Of a stretch of DNA of 64,000 nt, positions 10,576-20,745 are shown piece by piece. The DNA comes from a virus. Under the pieces are notes generated by a model. That model saw nothing but the letters and a program-made list of their open reading frames with translations. It was not told the origin of the DNA and did not search any database. The stretch is taken from IMG/VR virus record IMGVR_UViG_3300035696_000018, positions 42,776 to 106,775 of that record, one strand, 5' to 3'. Position 1 is the stretch's first letter; every line of letters starts with the position of its first letter. A program made the translations under genes and the position numbers.

Positions 10576-11751
10576 ATGATAAAGCACATCAATCACCAGA
10601 ATGTCTCGACGACGCCGTTCGTTGCGGCTAAGTCTCGTGCTTTATCTAACATTCAGAATGCGGATACTGTAATTCTCGAACCATCTGGCTATCCAGATGG
10701 AACCAATGTATCGCTCGACTACATTGATTACAATTCGGGAGACCCCATCATCAACCGAGAGTGCGACATTGCTCTTGAGCAGCAAGACCTCGACTCACTT
10801 GGTTATGAAGAGGGCATCACTGGTTCTGCGAAGTTCAATCCCGACACGGACCCCCAAAACACTGATGGAACGTACAAAAGCCTCGTCCATCGAACGATTA
10901 AGAATGCTTTCTACAACGATTACCGGAACCCCACGGAAATCTTCGGTATTGAGCATATTGACTTCCCATTAAGTAAAACTCTCCGAAACCTTTCCGACAA
11001 GTTCAGGATGTTCAGCATTCCTCAACTTGTGTTTGGCGACAAAATCAAGCCCCAAAGCGTACAGTTTTACGATAACCTCCTTGATGACAATGTTGTCATT
11101 ACGGATGATGGGTATCAAAATCTAGTCGCTGGCACCAACCTCTTCTCGAAGGTCCAAGAGGTCAGATTTTATCCATCGGGAGGAAACTATGTCATCACGG
11201 GGTCGGTCACTTCAAGTTACATTTGCCCGACGTACACGGATACCAAATCGGTCTCGGATGGGGATGCTGGCTATATGTTTGTCGGATTTTGCAGTGGAAG
11301 CATATTCGATACCACTGTCTTTGTTTTTCAATCTCAATCTGTACAAGCAAACATTGCATTCCAATATGGAAGCCTTGCTAATGGAGTAGCAAAGACCGAG
11401 TATCCGGTAATGAATCTGTCATTTTTGAGTGGTTCATTGCTTAATGCCATCGTTTCTTCGTCGTACCCACCAGAGTCAGCTTCATTTAGTATGGGATTCT
11501 TGAGCGGTTCTATCTTCGATACCCTTATTTATATCAATGGAGGTAGTGATACCGGGTCAATGGCGAGCATTGGATTCTTGAGCGGGTCCATTTTTGACAC
11601 TTTGATTGCCGTTTCTGGAAGCAACGAAACCTCGTCTTTCGTAATGACTTTCTTAAGCGGTTCAGTATTTACTGGACTGGTAATAGCCCCGTCTCAATAC
11701 GAAAGCAGCGGGACGCTACAAATCGGATTTAACAGCGGTTACATTACGTAA
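10576..11751 (+). CDS. Virion protein with C-terminal approx. 26-aa repeats; paralog of 13157..13873
   Basis: N-terminal approx. 200 aa align by eye with the 13157 ORF (DYIDY, NRxCxIALEQQD, YEEG, FRMFxIP, LFSKxQEVR). Confidence 0.65.
   Translation: MIKHINHQNVSTTPFVAAKSRALSNIQNADTVILEPSGYPDGTNVSLDYIDYNSGDPIINRECDIALEQQDLDSLGYEEGITGSAKFNPDTDPQNTDGTYKSLVHRTIKNAFYNDYRNPTEIFGIEHIDFPLSKTLRNLSDKFRMFSIPQLVFGDKIKPQSVQFYDNLLDDNVVITDDGYQNLVAGTNLFSKVQEVRFYPSGGNYVITGSVTSSYICPTYTDTKSVSDGDAGYMFVGFCSGSIFDTTVFVFQSQSVQANIAFQYGSLANGVAKTEYPVMNLSFLSGSLLNAIVSSSYPPESASFSMGFLSGSIFDTLIYINGGSDTGSMASIGFLSGSIFDTLIAVSGSNETSSFVMTFLSGSVFTGLVIAPSQYESSGTLQIGFNSGYIT
11275..11748 (+). repeat. 6-7 imperfect protein repeats, core GFLSGSIFDTLI
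   Basis: GFCSGSIFDTTV, AFQYGSLANGV, SFLSGSLLNAIV, GFLSGSIFDTLI x2, TFLSGSVFTGLV, GFNSGYIT. Confidence 0.8.
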
Positions 11752-11771
11752 TCACAAATAGGAGATGACAC

Positions 11772-13148
11772 ATGAATAACGAAACGTACAATCTTGGAGG
11801 AATGCACCACCAACTGGAAGGAGCCTTTAAGGTTTCGGTGGTTGACGCCAAGACAAATGAAATCGTCTGGTCGCAGCCAGATTGGCATAAGAATTTGATT
11901 CTTAACACAGGCATGAACCAAATCGTGGGCACAACCTACGCTGGAATGTTTTCGGCGGGTATTGTCGGAACAGGTACGAGAACAAACTCGGCCCCCGGGA
12001 ATAATGCTGTCATTTCTCAAACGGGAACGACAGTCACGCTTACATCCGACCCAACATTTTTGGCGTTTACCCAATCCCTCGGTGGATACACCCAAACCCT
12101 CGAAATAGGAGACGTGATTGTATTCGCTACGGGGTCGGGAGGAACGACCAACGTGTTGGTCACGGGAGGAATCAGTGGAACATCTTGTACCGTCAACAAA
12201 AGCGTGTCTCTGACGAACAACAATTTCACAATCTGGAAGACCTCTGCCCCAGGACTACAAACCGAAGTCAAACGAGCCGATGGATATAACATCGCAAACA
12301 CCGCTGTTATTGGTGGTCAAGGAAACTGTGGAACCACGATTGTCGGAAACATCATTTCCATGCAAAAGACGTGGGACTTCGCTCCAGAAGTTTCATTGGT
12401 CAACTATACCGAAGTCGGAATTGGATGGTCTTATCTTGTAGGATACCCAGGTTCCACGTTTAGCCGTCTTCTTCTCCCATTTGCAGTTCCAGTTGGAAGT
12501 GGGCAAAAGATTCGTTTGGCCTATCAGCTTCAAGTGTCTATTTACCCAACGGCATCTATTGCACGCCCAGATGCAACTATTACGGGATGGACGCAGGTAA
12601 GCCCAAGTGGAAGTACTACACAAGGCTCGGAATCCCTTCAAACGGTTCTTTCGGGTGGACCAAACGGAAGTGGGCAGTTTACCTACGCTATGATTCAGTA
12701 TCTCGATTACAACGGAGCCGTACAAGGATACGCCTCTCTTGACCCAGCATCCACCAGCAACTATTGTTCGTTTTTCATTGCGACGAACTCTCAATCCTTG
12801 CAGCCGTTCAACAGTGCCATTGACCGAACGGGGACGGGAATCAACACAACATCTGGATTCGCTGGAATGTACAGTGACCAAGGAACATTGCCATATCAAA
12901 ATGCCTATGTTGCCAACTCGTTCACCGTCAATAAAACGGCAACGTTTGGGCTTTACACAATGTCCGGAAACAGCAACATCCGTTCGATGGGATTTGGATA
13001 TAGCTATCAGAACGTTGGATACAACTATTCCACCCAACCTGGGACTCAAGCGTTTTGTTTCGTGTTTGACCACAACCAATACAAAGCGAGTACTCAGACG
13101 CTCACGCTCTCGTACACATGGACGTGGGATAGAACCTACGTGGCATAA
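11772..13148 (+). CDS. Tail/tail-fibre-associated structural protein
   Basis: 458 aa, T/G/S-rich; NLILNTG and YTEVGIG motifs typical of phage tail proteins. Confidence 0.55.
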   Translation: MNNETYNLGGMHHQLEGAFKVSVVDAKTNEIVWSQPDWHKNLILNTGMNQIVGTTYAGMFSAGIVGTGTRTNSAPGNNAVISQTGTTVTLTSDPTFLAFTQSLGGYTQTLEIGDVIVFATGSGGTTNVLVTGGISGTSCTVNKSVSLTNNNFTIWKTSAPGLQTEVKRADGYNIANTAVIGGQGNCGTTIVGNIISMQKTWDFAPEVSLVNYTEVGIGWSYLVGYPGSTFSRLLLPFAVPVGSGQKIRLAYQLQVSIYPTASIARPDATITGWTQVSPSGSTTQGSESLQTVLSGGPNGSGQFTYAMIQYLDYNGAVQGYASLDPASTSNYCSFFIATNSQSLQPFNSAIDRTGTGINTTSGFAGMYSDQGTLPYQNAYVANSFTVNKTATFGLYTMSGNSNIRSMGFGYSYQNVGYNYSTQPGTQAFCFVFDHNQYKASTQTLTLSYTWTWDRTYVA

Positions 13149-13156
13149 GATGAGTC

Positions 13157-13873
13157 ATGATTAAGCAACTCAAAAAGACGGACGTAATGGTTTCGCCTTT
13201 CCGTGCCAACAAGGCACGGGAGTTGTTTAATGTACAGAACTCGTCGTGCCCCATTCTTGAAGAGTTATCTTCGAGCGTAGAGATTCCCGACACCCAAATC
13301 GCTCTCGACTACATTGACTACATCACGGGGGAGCCATTGCTCAACCGTGATTGCAATATCGCCCTTGAGCAACAGGACGAAGACATAGCCGTTTACGAGG
13401 AAGGAGTGAGCGGCAGCTTGAAACCGTATAACCCCTCTGTGGATTCCTTCAACATCACTGGCACGTCAAAATTGCTTCTCTACAATCAGATGCGGCAGGC
13501 TTTTTATAACGGTTATCAAAACCCGACCGAACTGTTTGGAATGGAGAATATTGACCTTCAACTGTCGAAAACGAATCGTTTTTTGGCAGATGATTTCCGA
13601 ATGTTTACGATTCCCCGTCTCACGATGGGAGACCGAATTCAGCCAGGAAGTGTCCAGTTTCAGGATACGGCGTTCGATGACAATGTTCGGATTCAAGATG
13701 ATTCCAACGGCAACCTGATTGCGGGGGATTACCTATTCTCGAAGATTCAAGAGGTCCGACTTATTGGAAATCAAATCTTGCAAGGTTCGGCTTCTTACAG
13801 TTGTTCTGTCTATTATGAGGGGCCACCAATGTTCATACCTAAAATCACTGCAAGCTATACGCTTCCCCCATAA
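13157..13873 (+). CDS. Virion protein, paralog of 10576..11751
   Basis: Shared N-terminal domain; TAATG stop/start overlap with the next gene. Confidence 0.65.
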   Translation: MIKQLKKTDVMVSPFRANKARELFNVQNSSCPILEELSSSVEIPDTQIALDYIDYITGEPLLNRDCNIALEQQDEDIAVYEEGVSGSLKPYNPSVDSFNITGTSKLLLYNQMRQAFYNGYQNPTELFGMENIDLQLSKTNRFLADDFRMFTIPRLTMGDRIQPGSVQFQDTAFDDNVRIQDDSNGNLIAGDYLFSKIQEVRLIGNQILQGSASYSCSVYYEGPPMFIPKITASYTLPP

Positions 13874-15606
13874 TGAATGCATCGGTATTAGTGAACTGGA
13901 CGTACCAAGGAACCGATGATACCGGCTTTCTGTTGGAACGCTCCACCGACTCGGGGTCTTCATATCCCCTCGAATGGGGGTTCGATAAGAATACCCTGAC
14001 GTACACTGATACGGATGTTGTTGTCAATGGAACGTATTGGTATCGAGTCGCTGCTAGAAACACAAATGGACTTGGCGGTTTCAGCAATTTGGCAGTCGTT
14101 TTCATTTCTCCACCTGCCTTTGACCAGACTCTCCTTACAGCGTCTCAATACAACTACGAACTGCAAGTCAACTTGAGTTGGAGTTACTCTGGGTCAAGTC
14201 AAGGAAATACAGATTTCTTCTTGGTCGAAAAGTCAAGTGATTTGGGAGCAACGTATCCAGTTTCGTGGTCGGTGACGGCCCCAGCATCAACTTGGAGTGA
14301 TAATCTCCCGATGACTTACAGCAGTTACTATGATTATCGGGTCACTCCACATATTGACTTGAACCTTTACGGCCCTCCGAGCAACGTTTCTCGCTCGTTC
14401 ATGCAAGCCCCGATTGGAACCGTGTACACTTGGCAAACGGGGTCATCCGCAATAGCTTTTTGGAACTATCTAGGAACGTATTCAATGTCGCTTTCTCGTT
14501 CGGCGGATGGTGGAGTGACATGGCCATTGACGACGGTCATTACTCCTTCATCATCGTCAACTTACTATTTCATTGATAACTCCACGTCTGCTGGAACGAC
14601 CTATACGTATAGGATTCAAGAAATCGCTCGTCCAAATCAGCCAAATAGCACAGGTCCAGAAAAAACCATTCTCCAATATTCGACAACGACGAGTCTAGCA
14701 TACGCAAGCGACCCTGGATATGACTATTCGAATGTCGGCGACCTGATTACATGGGAACTTCACACCGCCTCGTTGCTTCAAGCAAATGACTCGGCCCGTG
14801 GCCAGTTTAGTATCAGCCGATTTTTGTTGGGTGGGGATGAGGGGCACGTCAACTGGCATGGTGGGTATCAGTTTTTGACCTTCCAATTGCTTGGTCCAAC
14901 CGAGAGTATTTGGCCAACCTTTGGAAATCACGACCAAGCTGATATGGGTGGTGGTGCGGCATTCATTCACTATTTCGGATTGAGAACCGTCAACTACACT
15001 TGGAAAGAAGGATGCGTTCAAGGTTTTGTCATTCAAACCGTCTCCGAGACCGATACGACAATGACAAGTGGAAGTGCCCCGTGGCTATTTTTGAGTCGTT
15101 CGCTGTCATCTTCATTGAATGACCCGAGTGTAGCGTGGAGAATTGCGATGATTCACTCTTCTCCAATCTGTTCTCCGTTTTTGCATCCGCCAAACCCATT
15201 GGCATCCGCTATTCCGTGGCAACAATGGGGAGTAAATATAGTGTTTTCGGGGCATAATCACATTGCAGAACGACTTGAATCTGGCTCAGTTCTTCATGTG
15301 ATGAATGGAACATTTGCCAATTCCAAGACGAATTACTATCTGCGTGGGTCTCCCCATCCATATAGCAAAAACATATTCTCCAATGCAAATGACGGAAACG
15401 GCCCATATTTCAAAGGATACCTTTGGAACAACATTCTGGCGACTCCGCAGTACTTGTCCATGTCCTTTTACAGCGGTTCGACGAAAGTTCCCGACACGTC
15501 ATCAACGTCAATCCCAGGTGCCCATATGGATGGAGGAAGTTTCATTTGGCAACATCTCCCGCCGCTTGCAACTCCATCGTTAACTTCCAGCACATTGTCC
15601 GTTTAA
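13873..15606 (+). CDS. FN3-repeat protein fused to a calcineurin-like (purple acid phosphatase-type) metallophosphoesterase
   Basis: FN3 motifs (NWTY..FLLERS..YWYRVAA); MPE motifs ASDPG, GGD, GNHD, IHSSP, SGHNH. Confidence 0.75.
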   Translation: MNASVLVNWTYQGTDDTGFLLERSTDSGSSYPLEWGFDKNTLTYTDTDVVVNGTYWYRVAARNTNGLGGFSNLAVVFISPPAFDQTLLTASQYNYELQVNLSWSYSGSSQGNTDFFLVEKSSDLGATYPVSWSVTAPASTWSDNLPMTYSSYYDYRVTPHIDLNLYGPPSNVSRSFMQAPIGTVYTWQTGSSAIAFWNYLGTYSMSLSRSADGGVTWPLTTVITPSSSSTYYFIDNSTSAGTTYTYRIQEIARPNQPNSTGPEKTILQYSTTTSLAYASDPGYDYSNVGDLITWELHTASLLQANDSARGQFSISRFLLGGDEGHVNWHGGYQFLTFQLLGPTESIWPTFGNHDQADMGGGAAFIHYFGLRTVNYTWKEGCVQGFVIQTVSETDTTMTSGSAPWLFLSRSLSSSLNDPSVAWRIAMIHSSPICSPFLHPPNPLASAIPWQQWGVNIVFSGHNHIAERLESGSVLHVMNGTFANSKTNYYLRGSPHPYSKNIFSNANDGNGPYFKGYLWNNILATPQYLSMSFYSGSTKVPDTSSTSIPGAHMDGGSFIWQHLPPLATPSLTSSTLSV

Positions 15607-15621
15607 CCGATATTTATATCT

Positions 15622-16200
15622 ATGGCATACGCCGCACTCATAACTTGGAATTACGTCCTCTCCGATGAAACGGGATTTTTGTTGCAACGTTCAACAAACT
15701 CTGGTTCGACGTGGACGTTGAATCTTCCGCAACCTGTGACCACTTCTTATGTGGATGCAGCCGTTGTGACGTACGGTACGTACTGGTATCGAATTGCCGC
15801 AACCAACCAATATGGAACGGGGTCATTTAGTAACACGGGCAGTGTTTTCATTCCTGTCCTTCCACCAAATCCTCCAAGCAACCTGATGCTCGCAAGTGGG
15901 TCGGTTAGTGCGTCATGGCAATCTGGGTCAGTAGATTCCAATCATGGACCAACTGATTACTACACCTTTCAGAAATCTTTCGATGGCATCAACTTTTCGG
16001 AACTTCGTGTGACTCTCATTGAATCCACGATTGATACGAATGTTACGGCAAGTGTGGGTACAGGAAGTACTTACTGGTATGACGTTGCCGCAGTTAATAC
16101 CGCTGGAACTTCAAGTTTCACTCCAACGGCAAGCATTTCATTTACGTATAATCCAATTCCGCAGGCCGTTCCAAGATTGACTGCGAGTATCGTACCTTAA
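15622..16200 (+). CDS. Two-FN3-domain virion protein
   Basis: ITWNY..ETGFLLQRS..YWYRIAA and PPNPPSNL..YWYDVAAVN; TATTTATA 3 nt upstream of ATG. Confidence 0.7.
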   Translation: MAYAALITWNYVLSDETGFLLQRSTNSGSTWTLNLPQPVTTSYVDAAVVTYGTYWYRIAATNQYGTGSFSNTGSVFIPVLPPNPPSNLMLASGSVSASWQSGSVDSNHGPTDYYTFQKSFDGINFSELRVTLIESTIDTNVTASVGTGSTYWYDVAAVNTAGTSSFTPTASISFTYNPIPQAVPRLTASIVP

Positions 16201-16213
16201 CCACTAGAAACAT

Positions 16214-17872
16214 ATGGCAGGCGTAGCATCATCAATCAAATTGTTTACGGTTCCTCAAGCTGGTGGTACACTTACCGCCAGTTTTGCATCGGCTCAATCT
16301 ATTTCACTAGGAGGCACTTCGACAGCTTTATCGGCATCAGGATTTTCTGCGACCATTCACGTCACGGCGAGCACTATAACTGCTGGTGGATATACCTTTA
16401 ATGGATGGTATAACGGTGCTTCTCTGTTATCATCAAACGTTACTTATTCGTTCACAATAACAACTGGACAAAACGTATATTCAGCAAGTTTCTCGGGGGG
16501 CGGTGGACCGACAAACTATTCGGTGTCTCTCGCTGATAGCCCGAGTGGAAATTCCGTTCTCAGTGGAAGTGGTGTTTTTGCTTCGGGGAGTACCGTAACC
16601 GCCGCCGTGGGTCCGAACTATGGATATACCTTTTTGCAATGGACAACTGGTTCGGTCACTGCAAGTCTTTCTCCGACCTATTCATTTTCCATTGCCAACA
16701 ACACTCAGCTTACAGCAAGCTTGGGGACAGCACCATTTTCAGTATCATTGGTCGCAAGTCCATCAGGAGATGCTACCCTAAGCGGCAGCGGAATCTTCCT
16801 TTCAGGGAGCACCGTGAGTGTTTCCGCAGGGCCAAACTATGGCTATACATTTTTGAACTGGACCTCGGCGTCAGTCAATGTCAGCACAAGTCCAACTTAT
16901 TCGTTTGCCATTGGCAATACTCAACAACTTACAGCAAGCCTCGGGAATGCGAGTTTCACGGCTTCCATCGCTGTAACCCCTTCTGGGTCTGCCTCTCTCA
17001 GCGGCAGTGGAATATACGTGTCGGGCAGCTTGGTGACAATTACGGCGACTCCTATTTTTGGATACGCCTTCAATGTTTGGACAACTGGCTCGGTAACGGC
17101 AAGTTCTTCTCCATCCTATACATTTGCCCTCGGAGAAAACGATTATTACACCGCCAGCGTTTACCCCGTGTACTATACGGTCTATACCGTAGATAACCCA
17201 TTGGGAAGCACTGTCCTCAGTGGAAGCGGAACGTTTTTGTCGGGGAGCACTATTAGCGTCACTGCCACGGCGAATGCGGGATTCACCCCAGGAAGTTGGC
17301 TGACTGGCTCGACTACGGCAAGTGCATTGCCAACTTATACGTTTGTTCTTGGAAGTGATACCTACCTTACTGCAAGCACAGACCCGATTTTCTACACGAT
17401 AAATGCCGTCGCCATACCAGTTGGAAATGGAACAGCCACAGGCAGTGGAGTGTATCCGTACAATGGCACCGTGACATTGACCGAGAATACAAACTCTCGT
17501 TGTATTTTCGTTTCGTGGCTTGACGAAGGTGGGTCTCAACTAAGTACAAGCCAAAGTTACACTTTTACGGCAACTCGCAATGCGGTGATTACTGCTTCTT
17601 TCTACCACATACCATCGGTATCGTTGAACTGGGCGTACGACCTCACGGACGAAACGGTGTTTATGCTCCAACGTTCTAGCGATGGTCAAATAACATGGCC
17701 AGTTACAATATTCACCACGTCCACGCAGTCGGTAGATTACGACATAGCATACGACATCGAGTTGGGGGCACAATATTGGTATCAGGTTGCAGCAGTCAAT
17801 AGTTATGGAACGGGGTCTTTCAGCAACGTGGCGTACGTGAATATACCAGGGTTAATCCCGCCGCCCGTCTAA
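16214..17872 (+). CDS. Fibre/adhesin-like protein with approx. 6 InlB-B/bacterial-repeat domains plus C-terminal FN3
   Basis: Approx. 73-aa repeats SGSG..SGSTV..P.YGYTF..W..PTYSF..QLTAS; terminal FN3 YWYQVAAVN. Confidence 0.7.
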   Translation: MAGVASSIKLFTVPQAGGTLTASFASAQSISLGGTSTALSASGFSATIHVTASTITAGGYTFNGWYNGASLLSSNVTYSFTITTGQNVYSASFSGGGGPTNYSVSLADSPSGNSVLSGSGVFASGSTVTAAVGPNYGYTFLQWTTGSVTASLSPTYSFSIANNTQLTASLGTAPFSVSLVASPSGDATLSGSGIFLSGSTVSVSAGPNYGYTFLNWTSASVNVSTSPTYSFAIGNTQQLTASLGNASFTASIAVTPSGSASLSGSGIYVSGSLVTITATPIFGYAFNVWTTGSVTASSSPSYTFALGENDYYTASVYPVYYTVYTVDNPLGSTVLSGSGTFLSGSTISVTATANAGFTPGSWLTGSTTASALPTYTFVLGSDTYLTASTDPIFYTINAVAIPVGNGTATGSGVYPYNGTVTLTENTNSRCIFVSWLDEGGSQLSTSQSYTFTATRNAVITASFYHIPSVSLNWAYDLTDETVFMLQRSSDGQITWPVTIFTTSTQSVDYDIAYDIELGAQYWYQVAAVNSYGTGSFSNVAYVNIPGLIPPPV

Positions 17873-17906
17873 AATGACCTCGAAGAGATATGTATAAAGC
17901 AGAGTT

Positions 17907-20348
17907 ATGTACGTCAATGTTCTAAACAACAACTACGGCTACGCAGTGGCGACTTACGGCAACTACGTTGTCGTCTCCAACCCTGACCTTCTCCGATGGA
18001 ATTCCGCAACTGCTTCGTTGCAGCATTCGGGGACCGTGGATGTGTTTTTATACAACCGTGCCAAAGACGAGCACGATTACGTAGGAACGCTTTATCAGGT
18101 GTGGCGTCCGATGGATGTTCTCATGACTTCGGAAGTCGTTTCTGCCTCGTGGCATATCACGACCGAAAACAACAATTGGTATCCCGATTATCAGATTTCG
18201 ATTGACAAAGACCTCTACACGTCTTCCCTCGAAAACTCTTTTGGCAAATCTCTCGACATGTATGAGAATCTGGTGGTCGTCGGCACGCCTTATCTCACAC
18301 AGGTATCTCAAACGACTGCCAGCTTTCTAACTGCATCTTACGCAATGGCAGAGGTTTATGACCTGAACGCACTCAAATGGACTGCCAATAGTCATAGTGC
18401 CGCCACGTTCACGATTGACGACCCAGACCTGTACATTGACCCCAATGCCGTGACAGGCTCGTTCGGGTGGTCGGTCTCAATCAGCAAAGATTGGCTCGCC
18501 GTGGGGTCTCCATTTTACAGTGCCTCCAACGGAGCGGTGTATATCTACAAAAATGTGAGTGCGGGGAACAATTACTCATGGTCGTTGTTCCAAAAAATCA
18601 CCAGCCCAGAAACTTTCGACCAAGCACAATTCGGCTTTAGCATGAAATTGAACAAGGCCGATAGCCAATACTCTTGGAGTTTGGTGGTAGGAAATGGGAA
18701 CCCATCTGCTATTGAAGCATACCTGTACGAATACAGCGGAAGTGCGTGGTCACAATCCTATGTATTCCACCCCGATTACACCAACATGCCGTTGACGTTC
18801 AATCCGAAGTATTACGCACCACCAGGACAATTTCAGACCGTGTATGGCCCCGTGGACTTCCTTACGATGAACACCACCAATGGATTCGGATATTCGGTGG
18901 GGTGCTACGATGATTCCGTCATCATCGGAGAACCATATGACCGTATGTTCTACGAGTTCAGCGGGTCAACGCTTTATCAACAGGGTTCAGCATACATATT
19001 CGAGCGTTGCACAGATTACCCACACGGCTTCCAACAAGTTCTTAAGACCTATGGAACTCCTACCACCCTCTACAACAACCGCATGGGATGGTCCGTGGAT
19101 ATGTGGGGAACTAACGCCGTAGTAGGCATTCCAAAGCTTGATGTTGAGAGCATGACTTCGTGCTACATTGCGGGAACATTGAACCAACTTCACTATTGCA
19201 ACGCCGACCTTCAAACACTTTTGACTGGTCAAGCTATGCTTGTTCAGAAAAATACTGGGTCTGGTCAATGGGGCATCACCAACGTCTATCAGAAGAAGAA
19301 GAAATACCTCAGCCCATATCGTGATTTCGGGTATGACGTTGCCGTAGCCGATGAATCAATGGTTGTAGGTTCCCCGATGTATCTATGGGATAGCAATCGT
19401 GAAATCAACATTGTCGTTACCCAGAGTGCTGATACTAACCTCGACGACCTTACGGGAAAAGCATACATTTACAATCTGCACAACCTCCGTGACCAGTTCC
19501 ACGTTGGAAACGTATTCTATCGAAACGGAAAGATTGTCATCATGACTTCTGGCTCGGTGTTTGATGGGTTGTTCTACGCCCCAATCAATACCTACACTTA
19601 CGAATACGATTTGGAGTTCGAGAGTCAGCACACCATCCTTGAGAAACAAATCATTTGCACCGTGGACCCAGGCGAATTCAACGTAAGCACCAACCCATCC
19701 TCGGTTACGAAACAAGCCTCGATTTTGGACATCAACAACAACGGGGTGTTCGATTTCCAAGACGTGGACGTGATTCTTCGTTACATGCAGTACAAGAATA
19801 CGCAGATTCTCGGCCTTCCAACCTCGTTCAATTGGAGTTCGTCCATTGTTACGACAGACGACGAGATAAGTTTACTGAACTACTATCAGGCCAACACTGA
19901 TAGCAGCACGACGTTGTTCTATTTGAGTCAGAGTTTCAATACTTGGGAGAACGTGGATACTTCCATGCAAACCACCTTGGATTTGAACCAAGATAATCGC
20001 ATTGATATTCGGGACATGAATATCATGTGGAAGTACTTCTCCAATCGTTTGACTCAAGAGAACTATGCCACTTTCATTACCCCAGCGTGTAACCGTCGTT
20101 TGTTTAGCGACGTAATAGATTACCTCAACGGTTTGAGCAGGAAGTTCGCTCTGCCGACGATTCAAGCCCAATTCACGGATTACGAGCGTCTTTCGACGTT
20201 CGACAAGACAGGCTCGTATTTAGCCCCAATGGCCACTACAATCGGTTTGTACGATGGGTTAAGCCTTGTGGCCGTGGCCAAGCTTGGCACGCCAATCAAG
20301 ATAACACCCGAATTGCCCATAAATTTCGTGGTGAAAATGGACTTCTAA
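17907..20348 (+). CDS. FG-GAP beta-propeller virion protein with EF-hand/dockerin-like loops
   Basis: FGxSV..VVGxP repeats; DINNNGVFDFQD and DLNQDNRIDIRD; C-terminal LVAVAKLGTP...VVKMDF. Confidence 0.7.
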   Translation: MYVNVLNNNYGYAVATYGNYVVVSNPDLLRWNSATASLQHSGTVDVFLYNRAKDEHDYVGTLYQVWRPMDVLMTSEVVSASWHITTENNNWYPDYQISIDKDLYTSSLENSFGKSLDMYENLVVVGTPYLTQVSQTTASFLTASYAMAEVYDLNALKWTANSHSAATFTIDDPDLYIDPNAVTGSFGWSVSISKDWLAVGSPFYSASNGAVYIYKNVSAGNNYSWSLFQKITSPETFDQAQFGFSMKLNKADSQYSWSLVVGNGNPSAIEAYLYEYSGSAWSQSYVFHPDYTNMPLTFNPKYYAPPGQFQTVYGPVDFLTMNTTNGFGYSVGCYDDSVIIGEPYDRMFYEFSGSTLYQQGSAYIFERCTDYPHGFQQVLKTYGTPTTLYNNRMGWSVDMWGTNAVVGIPKLDVESMTSCYIAGTLNQLHYCNADLQTLLTGQAMLVQKNTGSGQWGITNVYQKKKKYLSPYRDFGYDVAVADESMVVGSPMYLWDSNREINIVVTQSADTNLDDLTGKAYIYNLHNLRDQFHVGNVFYRNGKIVIMTSGSVFDGLFYAPINTYTYEYDLEFESQHTILEKQIICTVDPGEFNVSTNPSSVTKQASILDINNNGVFDFQDVDVILRYMQYKNTQILGLPTSFNWSSSIVTTDDEISLLNYYQANTDSSTTLFYLSQSFNTWENVDTSMQTTLDLNQDNRIDIRDMNIMWKYFSNRLTQENYATFITPACNRRLFSDVIDYLNGLSRKFALPTIQAQFTDYERLSTFDKTGSYLAPMATTIGLYDGLSLVAVAKLGTPIKITPELPINFVVKMDF

Positions 20349-20380
20349 CGATATTTATAACTGTAAGGAAATAGACGACT

Positions 20381-20680
20381 ATGCCAACTCCAGTAACCAG
20401 ACCATCATTGACGACCACCCTCGACGTTCGCTATGCACAGCAACATGCAGGTGGTGCATTCGACGTGAAACAAGTTCTCGGTAATCCGGGCACGGAACCC
20501 GCCGTTGGCGAAGTCATTGACGCCGCCAGCCAGCAAGGTGTCAACAACCAGAACCCGAACGGATTTCAAGTGAAAATGATGCCGCAGGTATCGCAACTCA
20601 AGGTTGTTCAACAGGGTGGTGCCGGAAACAACTATTCGACCTACGTGAAGGGACTCGACACCACGAAGTACCATCCGTAA
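20381..20680 (+). CDS. Small hypothetical late protein
   Basis: 99-aa ORF with upstream TATTTATA and AAGGA. Confidence 0.6.
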   Translation: MPTPVTRPSLTTTLDVRYAQQHAGGAFDVKQVLGNPGTEPAVGEVIDAASQQGVNNQNPNGFQVKMMPQVSQLKVVQQGGAGNNYSTYVKGLDTTKYHP

Positions 20681-20709
20681 ACAACCCATCTATAAAAACT
20701 CTTTCAACG

Positions 20710-20739
20710 AAGTCCTCCCGATAGTTATAGGGAGGACTT
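20710..20739 (+). promoter_or_regulatory. RBS-sequestering hairpin with a late-promoter-like motif in its loop
   Basis: AAGTCCTCCC-gaTAGTTATA-GGGAGGACTT; 3' arm contains GGGAGG upstream of ATG 20746. Confidence 0.7.
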
Positions 20740-20745
20740 TTTGTT

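Noticed and set aside
10576-17872. Diversity-generating retroelement template/variable repeats
   Set aside because: The repeats are diverged protein repeats without adenine-specific differences; no reverse transcriptase in the window
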